This document shows, one piece after another, positions 1 through 12,050 of a stretch of 64,000 nt of DNA. A program made the translations under genes and the position numbers. Position 1 is the first letter of the stretch. Each line of letters opens with the position of its first letter. The stretch comes from Azolla caroliniana (lineage: Eukaryota > Plantae > Polypodiophyta): assembly GCA_043228905.1 (NCBI GenBank), contig JBHGNT010000009.1, forward strand, positions 16,864,001 through 16,928,000. Direction: 5' to 3'. Below the pieces are notes generated by a model. The model saw only the letters and a list, made by a program, of their open reading frames with translations, did not search any database and was not told the origin of the DNA.

Positions 1-2505
1 TTTTGGTACCATGGGTATGATTGATATTACTCTTTATTTTTATTCATTGTCAAAGTGATCACATTGGGCATAACACTACACATCCCTCGTAAAAAAGCAA
101 ATGGTTTATCCTTTACCATATAGTTAACAAAGCTGTTGGTCACACTAATCATGCTCATTTTAATGATTCTTGCATATAATTGGCATCTTGAACCTCATCA
201 TTCTCGTTTGGTGTTTGGTACTCCAAGGTTGTTTTGGGGGGTTTTAAACCATAGAGAATCCATGGGAACGAAAAATTGGCCACTTTATAGTAGATTAGAT
301 TTTTTGGAGCACTTTGATGATGTGCATTTGTGCTTCCATTTTTTATCGTATGCATTAAGTTATCCCTCTTATTTTTGTCCAATTATCCTTTGAATGAGCA
401 TAGGTATGGTGTAAGTATTAAGAGCTCATGTTGTTATCAAGATTAACAATGCTGTTTCATATGTGTTGATTCCATTTTAGTTAAAGAATATGCTCCATTT
501 CCAAATTAATGGAAAATGTTAGAATTTTTGTTTGTTGATTGAATTTGGATTCCGCTAGAGAGATTTAAAGAGCATCCTACAAAAGGAGATGCCATGATTT
601 GAACAAAAAAGACAAGCTTGAAAATGTATGTTTGTGTCTACACTACGTCTTATAACATTTTCAAGATATGGAGAGAGACATCTTAACTATACGCACTTCT
701 GTAAACTACTAAAAATAGACAAGAAAAGGGCATCCCAATGAAAACAAATAAAACACTAGATTTGCATCACTTTAAATATACTCCTCTTGGGTTTTTAGAG
801 ACCCATGATGTATTTAAAATTTAAACTAGTTGATGTATGATCACATGGAACGTATACGATACGATAGACATGAACATGAAAGATAGTGTAAATAAAGTTC
901 ATAAAGTATAAAGTGATGCAAATTTATGACAAATTAATATTAACTTTAATGTGATCTCTAGTGTTTATGGGAAGTTTTTTTGTGTTCGTGCCAATGATGC
1001 AACAATGGGGTTCAATTCATTAAATATGCTCGCTCTTGAAAATTTGAGGTTCATAATGTGTATACCTTACAATTGGATCTTATGTTTATGATTAATGCTC
1101 TTTGTTGAATGAGGCCCATACTACCATGAATGATGTTGGGCATGTGTTTTTAATGAATGCATTGTGACATAAAAGCAAATGGACTCTATAATAGCAATAT
1201 TCACAATGTTATTAGAAATTTGAAAGTGGGAGGATTCATATCATGTTCATCTCAATGTTGAACCAATGAGTTTTTTCACTTTGTGATTGCGAAACGTCTT
1301 TGGAATTTTAGATGCACAAGGTTATAATAGGGGTGGGAAAAATATAGTTATTAATATTGGTCCAAGACTAGATGAATGAAGAGAGAATGGACGTGCTCAA
1401 TGATGTTCTTGAGTCAAACCAAACTTGTATGGTTTGTTGTATGGACTCGTAAACTAATGCTTTTGAGATTTACATTCAAGCATATAAACCTCATCATGTG
1501 TTTTCAAAATTGATCGACAAAAACTAATCAAGTAGTTGAACATTATCCATTTCACTCCCATGTGCATTCACACTTGCACGATTATCAAGGGGAAATGTTC
1601 CAAGGAGGACTTTAATTTACACATCATTAGATTATGCTGTTTGAATAATTCGTTTCTATAAATAATTCCTTCATTAAATGATTAGATTCTTTACACATAC
1701 CTTTACGATCATACATTTGTAATGTTTGAATAGATGTAAATGTGAATGTCATTTATTTGACAGGATCGTTATAAAGAATGACAATGAATACCAAGATGCC
1801 TTGTTTATTTAAGTTGTGAAGAATAACAAGTCAAAGTGCAATGCAAATGATGTAAAGACTCCAAGAAAAAGACATCGAGATATCCTAATGTATACAATTG
1901 GAAAAATAACTTAATGGTGGTGTAGTGAGTGGGTAATGAACCTTTGCCAATGGCTTCTTGGTAGTACCTTTTCCATTAACACTTTGAAAAGACATTTCCA
2001 TGGAGCTAAATTAGGACACAAACTCATGCACATTTGAACATGACCATCCTACTTTATTGCTCATAACATTTTTCTATTACGTATGAAATCCTTCTACTCA
2101 TTGATGCGAATGAAATTCGCGCACTTGGATTTATTCTGCATTTCCTTAACCAAGAAGGTTAGAATAAATTACAACATCGCTGATTTTTTTGGCCATGTCT
2201 TTGCATTTTACCAAGATGATCCCTTGAGTTTGTGATGAGGGTTGAAGTAAACAACAAAGAACTCAAATTTTCTCTATAAGATGTCCAAAAAAGGTGTTAA
2301 AACATGGGTCAATCATGTCACACATACATGAGCTATTTTCATATTCTTAAACTCTTTTACTTACATTTTGAGTCACTAGCTTGCTAGTAAAAAAGAAGGT
2401 ATAAATTATCAATTTTATACTTGTTAATACTAGGTTGTCAATTATATACATAAAGTTAAACATTGTCCAATTGCGAAAAATCTCTTGTTTTGGATTCATA
2501 TTACA

Positions 2506-2663
2506 TCAAACCGGTTGAAATTCAAGGCAATTTCCATCTGGATCGCGAGTGAATACTTGTGGTTTTAGAGACATGCCCTCTGTATAAGGAACACCTATAC
2601 ATCAAACAAGCTAGAAATTAACTCTTTGTTTAAGATCATATAAATGCACGAACACAAGGGCAT

Positions 2664-2721
<58 letters not shown>

Positions 2722-4867
2722 TCAATCACTTACTGATTATTCTTCTTTTTTGTTTTTAGGTTCAGTTGGAGAAAAACATTTTTCAAATAGTGGTAATGAC
2801 AAAGAAGTCATTAACCATTACCTTTATTAACAATTGTTTCGAGTCTTCTTACATTTTGAATGCTGATAACAAGTCTATCATTTCTTTTAAAAGCACGTGT
2901 CTTCTTGTAGAATCTTGGATAGTCGTAACTAGCATGTTTTCTTTATATGGAGACATGTAAATGGACGTGCCAAATATAGTAGATAAAGAAAAATGCTATT
3001 ACTCATAATCTCTCGAGTTGATTCTTTAGGCAAGTTTCAACGAAAACACTTTGAAATAACAATGTTGGGCATTATCCCTTTCCATTACATGCCTCACCTT
3101 GCCATGTAGTGTCAAGCAATGAGTCTCTTCACATGCCATGTGTTGATCCCATTGGTTGTTGTAATGTCTCGGAATTGGACGAATTCTCTTTGGGGTTCTT
3201 TAGATACACATACATCCATACACAGAAGGGAGATACATGTATGCCAAGAGGCTAGATTCCTGTGGATCAGATTCCAGTTACTGGAAATCCAGATACCAGC
3301 ACAAGTAGGGAGGATCAATTAGATAATAGTAAAGGTAATAGGAAACAAAATATTCATTATATCTAGTATTTGTCAGTTACTGGAAATCCGATATTGCTGG
3401 AGGATCAATTGAGATAATAGTAAAGGTCATAGGAAACAAAATATTCATTGTATCTAGTATTTGTCAGTTGGGCATCATGCCAGAGAGACAGAATACAATC
3501 TTCAAAAATTCTCTGTGCTCAAATTATGTCAATATGAATTTCATGATTGTATCAATTTCATAACATCAATAAGATATCTTAAGAGCTTCAGGTTTTTAGA
3601 TAAGCATACAAGAACTTTGTATATATCAATCTCTAAGGAAAAAGGTTTGTATTACAAAGTTCAATATGACTACTAGGCTTGGAGATTTGTCATTGTTAAG
3701 GGGCCTTTTCAGGCATGTTTTCCCCCCTGCTAGAATTGTGTCTGATATGAATTTCATGATTGTATCAATTTCAAGAAACATCAATAAGATCTCTTAATTG
3801 CTTCCGGTTCGTAGATAAGCATACAAGAACTTTGTACATATCATCCGAGAATTGCTTTGTGTATTTTTCAAAGGACAAAAAATTGTATTACAAAGTTCAA
3901 GATGATTACTAGGCTTGGGCATTTGTCTGTGCTACGCGGTTTTTTCAGGCATGTTTTGGGGTTCAATGTACATTTTTCACAACAATTTCTGAAGTGAATT
4001 TGATCATACAGAGGGAAACAAAATAAACACAAGAAATTCACTTCATCTCAATGTTGTAACCTCAACTCACAGGGTAATTTCACCTGCCTCATTTTCTATG
4101 GCCTCAAAAATGCGTTTTTTAAGTATTTACAAAACCTACCTTCACCATTGCAATATCTAACTCCACATTGAAAAACCATACAGTTTACTGTTCGATGTCA
4201 AACCTATCTTCAATTTCAAATCACCTATGAGTGTAGGAATGAGAGCATCAAACCTGCATCTCTCAAGGCATTTTTAACTGCTAACAGATTCTTCACGTGA
4301 AGGCACATGTGGCGATCTTCTCCACCGTTTGCAGGCCGTCCGGAGATCGGATCGGGATTCGGCAACTCCATCAAGTGAATCATCTCATCACCCACCCATA
4401 GCCATGCTCCTCGGAAACGAAGCGTTTCATCAGGTCGAAGATCACATCTTTTCATTCCTGATATGGATGAGCCAACAACATGGATTCAAGAACTCGAAGC
4501 ATTTCATAAAAACAAAAAACGAAAAAACAGAAAAAAGAGACTTACCAAGAATTTTGCAATAAAATTCCAATGACTTATCGAGATCTTTGCAAAGAATCCC
4601 AACATGATGGATTCCAACAAATCCAATAATATCTGTAGCTCCTAAATTTCATCATTATGCAATCCACAATCCACAATCCAATTCATGGGTATGTATGCAT
4701 TCTTAAGTGCACATAAAATGTTCACAATCCTATCATGGGAGGGTGCATATATATATATACATATATTTCCAATTTTTGGACAGTAGTATATAAATAAAGC
4801 ATGTTTAGAAATAGCAATTCTGATTACTCAGATATCGAAGAAAAATACCTTTTGAAGCTTCTCCCAT
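2506..4867 (-). CDS. Spliced host gene: VOC/glyoxalase-I-like (lactoylglutathione lyase family) protein, ~135 aa; coding exons 4849-4867, 4546-4641, 4254-4457, 2506-2594
   Basis: Exons joined at GT..AG sites (all phase 1; 19+96+204+89=408 nt) read MGEASK-GATDIIGFVGIHHVGILCKDLDKSLEFYCKILG-MKRCDLRPDETLRFRGAWLWVGDEMIHLMELPNPDPISGRPANGGEDRHMCLHV...DAG-VPYTEGMSLKPQVFTRDPDGNCLEFQPV*. HHVG, GAWL, DRH and RDPDGNxLE are VOC-family motifs. The start codon and first exon are less certain than the last three exons. Confidence 0.88.
2665..2720. repeat. (CA)n microsatellite in the last intron
   Basis: Perfect CA run of ~56 bp. Confidence 0.97.
3275..3468. repeat. Intronic tandem duplication, ~95-100 bp unit x2
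   Basis: cagttactggaaatcc...ggaggatcaatt...ggaaacaaaatattcatt..atctagtatttgtcagtt occurs twice. Confidence 0.85.
3532..3956. repeat. Intronic diverged tandem duplication, ~215 bp unit x2
   Basis: atatgaatttcatgattgtatcaatttca...tagataagcatacaagaactttgta...caaagttcaa..tgactactaggcttgg...ttttcaggcatgttt occurs twice. Confidence 0.85.
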
Positions 4868-5531
4868 TATTATATTTTGGAAACTTGACACTGCAAGAAA
4901 GCACATTTTAAATCTTTATCGAATAAACTTTCATAATTGACACATTTTTCAATGGAATGAGTTTTCTTTGTTCTCGTTTACTTCAACTTTCATAAACCAG
5001 ATAGATTAATTCTTCCAAACCATATTTTGTTTTCAACAAAAATGTGGATTTTTCTTAGCTTTCATGAAACACTAGATTATGTATTTATAAATAGTCACGA
5101 AAATGAGGCTTTTCTTAGATTTTATGAATGCCATAGATTTCATGGGTTTGTTTTGATCTAAGCTTTTTAGGATTCAGAAAAACAGAAAATTTAAAAGACA
5201 TAATAGAAACAAATACAATATAACATAGAAATTACATAAACCCCGCCTAAAATAAGCTCAAAAATCTGTTTAAGAACATTGATGAGAGAAACAAAACAAA
5301 ACATAAATCGAAATGATCATTGATGAGAGAACATTTATACCTCTGCTTTTCTACTGTGTCTTCCTCTGTGTTATCTGTGTGTATGGTTTACAAAGCCATT
5401 CTCTTACATCTCAAATGATTTGCTTAATTTGAGGAAATTACAAGAATGACCTCCAAGTTTTCTAAACTAATGTACTTGGATCATGATTTTGTAGAAACAT
5501 AAGTTTTTCTACAGGTTTGGCATAGGGGGTA

Positions 5532-6830
5532 TTATCGCGCGCGCACGCGCGTGTGTGGGGTTGATTTAATTGCTTCCAAATCAGCAAGCAGTGCTTGTAT
5601 TCTTGAGCTAATGGAAGTTATGCAACCGACCATCATCTGTTCCTGCTTTTCAGTCATTGTGGCCCTTACTTTTGTAGATTGAACTTGGTGGACAAGTGTC
5701 CTAGCCGGAATATCCACATGAGAGGTTCCCGATGACTTCAAGCTAGTGTTGGTACTGGAGGATCCTCTATAATGTTCTGATTGGTGACGATTAAAATCTT
5801 CCCAATCTACGTCGATGCCACCCTGAACTTCACATGCAAATGCACGCCAAAACAGTACCCACCTCATTGTTACAGATTTGATTAGTATCATAAACATGTT
5901 CATATCTCGTCTTCAATAAGTTCACATATTCCTTCTTCAACCCACTTATGTGGAATCCTCGCCTTGTATCGGGATGTGGTGACCCCTAGGTTTTTATCAA
6001 CCACTTTCTCAGCTCTTCATAAACTTCAGGTTGTGCTCGAAGGATATAACGTCATTCGAGAAGTGTGCCTCGAATGATGGAGTGGCACATCATCTTCCCT
6101 TGAGTTGATGAGTTCATCACCCTTTGTCTTGTGGGTGTCTTCTTGCTTTCTTTGATAGGCGTCCTTTTTCTTTCCTTCACTAGTGTCTTCACTTTCTCTT
6201 TCACCAATGTCTTCTTTATGGGTGTCCTTCTCGTCATTGTCATGGTCTTCACTATTCTTGTTGAAAGAATATGCGTGTACAAGAAGAAAACTCATCAAAA
6301 TACCATCAACAACCAACAAATCATCATAGCCAATTTAATGTAAGTTGCATGTACAAGCCTCTTCTTGGACAAAGGACAAAAACTCATCCATGTCAAACAC
6401 ACACAAAATCAAAACAGTCGGACATGAAACATAGAGAATACGAAAACATACCAGTTGGACATGCAACACAGAGAATATGAAAAATTAAACCCTAAACCGT
6501 AAATGCAACACAGAGAATACCTGGAGGTCGTACAAGTTGCAGATGGAACGATGCGAGCCAAGGTCGAGGCAGAGGTACCACATCGTGTTGATGTGTTCAC
6601 CTTGGGAGCACACCAAGCCAAGGAAATCACCTATATGCAAGAGGTCGTTGACGAGGTTGTGTAGAGGAGACAAACGAGCATACACAGAGTTTAGAGAACG
6701 TAGGGAAACATCAAGAACAATGAGCATAGAGGGGAAACAACAATCTCTGCATATATAGAGTTCAGAGAACGTAAGGAAACAACAAGAACAATGAGCACAG
6801 AGGGGAAACAACAATTTCTGTGTATACAGA
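5532..6830 (-). other. Degenerate ORF-bearing segment, probably a transposon accessory-ORF remnant
   Basis: Broken minus-strand frames (RAFACEVQGGIDVDWEDF, acidic/lysine-rich repeats at 6026-6319). No domain recognised. Confidence 0.3.
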
Positions 6831-6846
6831 GTTCAGAGATCGTAGG
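6686..6846. repeat. ~70-bp tandem repeat (~2.3 copies) ending at an LTR boundary
   Basis: agagttcagagaacgtagggaaacaacaagaacaatgagcacagaggggaaacaacaat repeated; stops at TGTTAG 6847. Confidence 0.85.
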
Positions 6847-7287
6847 TGTTAGAGCGATGGTCTAATGTAAGCACATGATAAGGATAAAAGATATACGAAA
6901 TAAGAAAGGTGAGAGAGAAAGAAGGGTGCCGATCCACCCGACCACCCCCGAACGAAGGGATTGAGACGGACTCGAGCCTCGATCAGCATCCCATACCATT
7001 ATCGTGGCTTCGAGTCGTACCTGGTGTTGGCGTGCTTGCTACAAGAGTTGTCCCACGACAAGAACAGAGTCTCGATGTAGTCAAGAGATGATGAAATGAG
7101 GGTAGCTAGGCCACATATTTATAACGATACCCAAGGCCCCCAGGCAAGTTCACACTTGGCCTAATGGGGCTTCTCAATCCCGAGGATTAAAAGTAATCCT
7201 TCCCTTCTTTACACTCTCGTTTAACCCTCACACTTATCCACGTGTATAGAATACTACGGTAAATTCTCACCACGGGATATTATATGG

Positions 7288-10200
7288 TGTTGAGAGTCGA
7301 ACTCAACTTCCCATAGTAATAGGTTTCACACTAGCTTATGGTCATACCAGGCTAGTTTTGTAAATAGTAGAAAGGGCACTTGCCCTAGTTTAGTTGGTAT
7401 TTAAACCAACCCCTTGTAACTTAGTTACTGTTGGAAGTAATATACAATTTTCTTGTTAAGAGCTCTCCCCCTTTGTCTCTCTCTGTTTGTTGTACACACA
7501 CACACACACACACACACACTCAATTATCTTCCGTTGCATTACACCACCATCTCCATTTCTTTACATGGTATCAGAGCGTGTGGTTGCTTAATCAAATCTA
7601 TTCGACTGTGTTGTGGTACACGCCGATGATCAACAGAATCGACCTATTAACAGAGAATAAATCACCATGAATACTTAGATGGGAAGCGCTCTTCCTACGG
7701 AGAAGCTCGACAAGACAAATTCCGCATCTTGGGAGTACAAGATGCATCAGTACCTTGTCGGACAAGGATACTGGAGCTATATTGAAGGAGCTCACGAAAC
7801 GCAACCCAAGCCGACACACGCCGACTACCTAGTGTGGGAGCAGGCTGCAAGCCGTGTATTGTATTGCCTTTCATCATGCGTACATGATCACATGCTTGGC
7901 TATATTCAAGAAGCGAAAACGCCAAAAGAAGCATGGGGCAATCTCAAGAAGATATTCACGGCCAATATGACTGCCCGCAAGCTCCAACTTCGTCAGGAGT
8001 TGAATGTCATTCAATAAAGGGTCATGTCAATCGGTAGCTACGCCTTGAAGATCAAGGAGCTGTGTGATGCCCTCGGGTCGATCAATGTTGGCATGGACGA
8101 CGAATAAATGGTATAGATATGCCTCAGAGGCTTGGCACCTCGATTCAGCGCAATAAGATATGCCTCAGAGGCTTGGCACTTCGACTCCAACTCCGCTCGA
8201 CGCGGATGACGCCGAAATAGAAATAGAAGCTGAGGATTGGCTCACGCAGATGTTCGAAGACAACCCAATCTTGACATGGCTGAGTGGGCCATTAGAGCCA
8301 CCAAGCGATCAAAGCACATCTCGGTCGAGTCTGAAGTTGGACAAAGGGAAGGCGAAAATGTGGGAATATGAAGATCAAGAAGAGACTGAGGTGCTTCACT
8401 CTCTCGACAGTGAATTTGAGGGTCTTGACACTTACACAAATGGAGCGAGGAAAGCCATAGTCCCCACGGATGCAGAGCTACGCCGGTCCACCCGTGGAAA
8501 GAACCCCGGAAACCGTTTTGGCTATGACAAGTACATGGCGTATCATTACACGTTCATGATGAAGGTGGCGTCAGTATGGGAGCCGGAGACGCTTTTCGAA
8601 GTTGTAAAAGATCCGTGATCGGTTGATGCGATGAATGAGGAAATGGAAGCGTTATGGAAACGCGAGACCTGAGATCTCGTTCCTCACCCTCCGAGCAAGA
8701 AAGCAATTGGTTGCAGGTGGATTTACAAAGTGAAACACAATGCTGACGGCTCCGTAAATCACTTTAAAGCACGACTCATTGCGAAAGGATACATGCAAAC
8801 ACACGACGTCGACTATGAAGAGACCTTTGCCCCGGTGGAAAAGATGACAATTGTGCGGACCGTAATTACAATCGTGGCAACAAAAGGGTGGCACCTCCGC
8901 CAGATGGACGTCAAGAATGCCTTTCTTCAAGGCGAATTGGAAGAGGAGGTGTACATGATCCAACCACCCGGTTTTGAATCGTGCAATCATCTGAATGTCG
9001 TGTGCCGACTCAAGAAGCCTCTCTACGGCCTCAAACAAGCACCACGTGCGTGGCACTTGAAGATAACGCAATATCTTCATTAGATCGGATTTCGAATGTC
9101 CAAATCCGATACTTCTTTGTACATCCGAAATGAGTCGGATAGCCCGATTGTCATCATCCTTTACATGGATGATTTGGTCATCGGAGGAAAGGATCTCGCC
9201 GAGATTAACAAGGTCAAATCACTCCTTTTCGGCAGATTCGAAATGAAAGACCTGCACGAGCTCCATTACTTCCTTGGCATTGAAGTAATTCGGACACCAG
9301 TCGGAATAATGATTTCTCAACAGCACTACATTCTCAACCTTCTGTACAAGTTCGGAATGACTGAGTGCAAACTTGTGTCTACCCCTCTCGATCGTAATCT
9401 CAAGATTGATGCCGATTTCGGCACAACCAAGTGCGAGTCAACTCAGTATCGTCAACAGATCAACAACTTAATCTATCTCACCATTACGCAACCCAACCTC
9501 AGTTATTCAGTCGGCCTACTTAGTCAATTCATGCAGAATCTGCGAAACTTTCATCTTGATTGCGATAAGAGGATACTTCGGTATGTTAGTATGATGATGG
9601 ATTACAACATTATGTATCAGTCAAATACGACCATTCGACTTGAAGGATACATAGACGCAGACTGGGCAGGATACAAAGCGGATAGACGATCCACATCCGG
9701 ATTTGTCTTCTCCCTTGGTAGTGGAGTGATCTCTTGGAGTAGTAAGACGCAGCCGACAGTCGCACTGTCGAGCACAAAAGCTGAATACAGGGGCGCGACA
9801 GTCGCCGCATGCGAAGCCATATGGCTCAAGCGTATTCTGAAGGATCTGGACGTACCCATCAAAGATCCGATTCGCCTATACTGCGACAACACGAGCAACA
9901 TCTACTTGGTGCGAAATCCCGTATTTCACGCGCGTACTAACCATATCGAAGTGCACTACCACTTCATCTGCGAGCGCGTACATGCCGAAGAAATTGATCT
10001 ACTACATATCAGTACGCACCTCCAAATTGCTGATATTTTTACGAAGGCCTTAGGAGTCGACAAGCTCAGGCAATTCACATCGGATCTTGGTCTCACAACA
10101 TTCACATTGCCAAGCTTGAGGAGGAGTACTACGAGCGACACACACACACTATACGCAATTGATCGAGTACGCAACATGCAATGATACGTGAGTATGCAAC

Positions 10201-10539
10201 ACGTAGTTAATCGAACTGAGCACGAAGCCGAAAAGCCAAACAATCTAGTTTGAGGATTACGAACGCCGGAAGCCGGATTCCGAAGACCGAACCGAAACAA
10301 CTTTTCAATAGATGGAAGTTGTGTTCGAAGGGGCGTGTTGAGAGTCGAACTCAACTTCCCATAGTAATAGGTTTCACACTAGCTTATGGTCATACCAGGC
10401 TAGTTTTGTAAATAGTAGAAAGGGCACTTGCCCTAGTTTAGTTGGTATTTAAACCAACCCCTTGTAACTTAGTTATTGTTGGAAGTAATATACAGTTTTC
10501 TTGTTAAGAGCTCTCCCCCTCTGTCTCTCTCTGTTTGTT

Positions 10540-10622
<83 letters not shown>

Positions 10623-10663
10623 TATCTTCCGCTACATTACACCACCAGCTCCATTTCTTTACA
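7288..10663 (+). mobile_element. Copia-1 LTR retrotransposon, internally deleted (no protease or integrase); LTRs 7288-7565 and 10336-10663
   Basis: Both LTRs TGTTGAG...TTTACA; TSD TATGG on both sides; PBS TGGTATCAGAGC (tRNA-iMet) 7566-7577; PPT GAAGGGGCG; gag, RT and RNase H motifs. Confidence 0.97.
7679..10184 (+). pseudogene. Copia-1 gag / RT / RNase H with stops and an internal deletion
   Basis: MGSALPTEKLD..WEYKM (gag); KARLIAKGY, QMDVKNAFLQG, LYGLKQAPRAW, LYMDDL (RT); DADWAG..DRRSTSG, YCDN, QIADIFTKAL (RNase H). Confidence 0.93.
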
Positions 10664-11373
10664 TATGGTCATGCCCGTAACATACTCCCCCTCTTTAAAA
10701 CATTGCACTCTTGTAATGGAAAGTTAGTTCTAAGAGTATTTTCGTGTTCCCATGTGGCATCTTTGATAGATTTATCCATCCATTTAATTTTAAATTCTCG
10801 GATTATTTTAGTACGCAGATTTTTTGTTTTAACATCGAGAATTCTTTATGGTACACGTGGTTTGGAAGCTAATTGTTCAAAAGTAACCAGAGTTTCAGTT
10901 GTCACTGTAGAACCTAGAAGTTCTTTTAGACGACTTACATGAAAAACTAGATGAATTTCAACGCCATCGGGAAGAGCGAGACGATAGGCTGATGAACCAA
11001 TGCGTTTGAGGACTTGAAAAGGTCCACAAAACCGTGGGGCTAACTTAGTGCACTTACCCGTAGACAATGTCTTTAGATTTGTGAGGTACACTTAAAAATA
11101 CCTTCTGTCTAGGTTTGAATACATGATGTTACCTATTATGATAGACGTAAAAACTCACTCTATCTTGAGTTGTTTTTTATATTATCTCGTGCAATATGCA
11201 ACATATCTTGCATATCCCGAAGAAAGTTTTATGTACTTTGCAACTCATCATGATGTATATTAACATCAATTGGGGCTCGTGGGTGAAAACCATACATCAA
11301 CATAAAAGGACTATATCTCGTCGACGTATGTTTGGAGCTGTTATAAGAAAGCTCCAAAATTGGGAGATAAGGT

Positions 11374-12050
11374 TGTCGTGAAAAATCCGTCACTATGTGC
11401 GGATCGTGAGGTGGAACCACCGGGGTTATGGACTAGAAGGAATTAGAGCTCACCCGTACAACACAAGCAAGATTTATACATAAGACCAGTAGGTGAAAGA
11501 AAACATTAGTTTATATCAAAATAATAGATTCTTTATAATATAAGAATCCTGTTACAATGGGTTGGATATGAAAATGAGAAATAATTTTTGAAAGAATGGA
11601 TTCGGCCACCATATAAGGAGTGGTTTGATATGAATATGAGAGATTGTTTTCCAAGGAATGAAGAGAAAGAGAAAAAATAAATTGAGAAAAGAAAGTGCAA
11701 TATATATGGAGTTCTTTGTTGATCATGACCCTTGATGTTTCGTTGCATGCGTCCACACATGACCTTTCTTTAGTTGCATGGCCTCTACTTTTAGTCGCAT
11801 GCCTCTACGTTTTAGTTGTATACCTCTACTTTTAGTCGTATGCCTCTACTTTTTAGTTGCATGCCCTCTACTTTTAGTTGCATGCCTCTACTTTTTAGTT
11901 GCATGCCCTCTACTTTTAGTTGCATGCGTCCACACATGACCTTTAGTTACATGTAACTGTCCGTATAATTCGGCTGCATGATACAATCATCCATAAAGTT
12001 GGCCCATGTGTGATCCGTTAGTGTGTCGCGACCAAGTCGTGCATGCATCC
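11374..12050 (-). mobile_element. Partial LTR (plus strand starts TGTCGTG) inserted in G1 integrase and interrupted by Copia-2
   Basis: G1 integrase frame breaks at TGTCGTG; minus-strand TATA-like CCATATATA; terminus resembles the end of the 24707-25837 LTR. Confidence 0.55.
11768..11955. repeat. ~21-bp tandem repeat (ctctacttttagttgcatgc) x ~7
   Basis: Directly visible array within the LTR-like segment. Confidence 0.9.

Larger units (their letters stand above)
6847..11373 (-). mobile_element. 3' part of a chromodomain Gypsy element (G1): integrase C-terminus + chromodomain, PPT, and 3' LTR (6847-7287 + 10664-10682) split by Copia-1
   Basis: ELSYNSSKHTST.SPF...GFHPR and KLAPRFCGPFQVLKRIGSSAYRLALP..HLVFHVSRLK; chromodomain-like IKWMDKSIKDATWE; minus strand reads PPT GAGGGGGAGTA then TGTTACG at 10682. 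The LTR end (..CTCTAACA at 6847) is inferred because the partner LTR is absent. Confidence 0.75.

Noticed and set aside
1-2500. Possible decayed LINE or transposase remnants (e.g. LAPWKCLFK on the minus strand near 2000)
   Set aside because: AT-rich with many stops; I could not support a domain or boundaries by eye.
11768-11955. CRISPR-like arrays (also 25298-25612 and 51280-51400)
   Set aside because: No unique spacers, no cas genes, eukaryotic context; these are tandem repeats inside LTRs.
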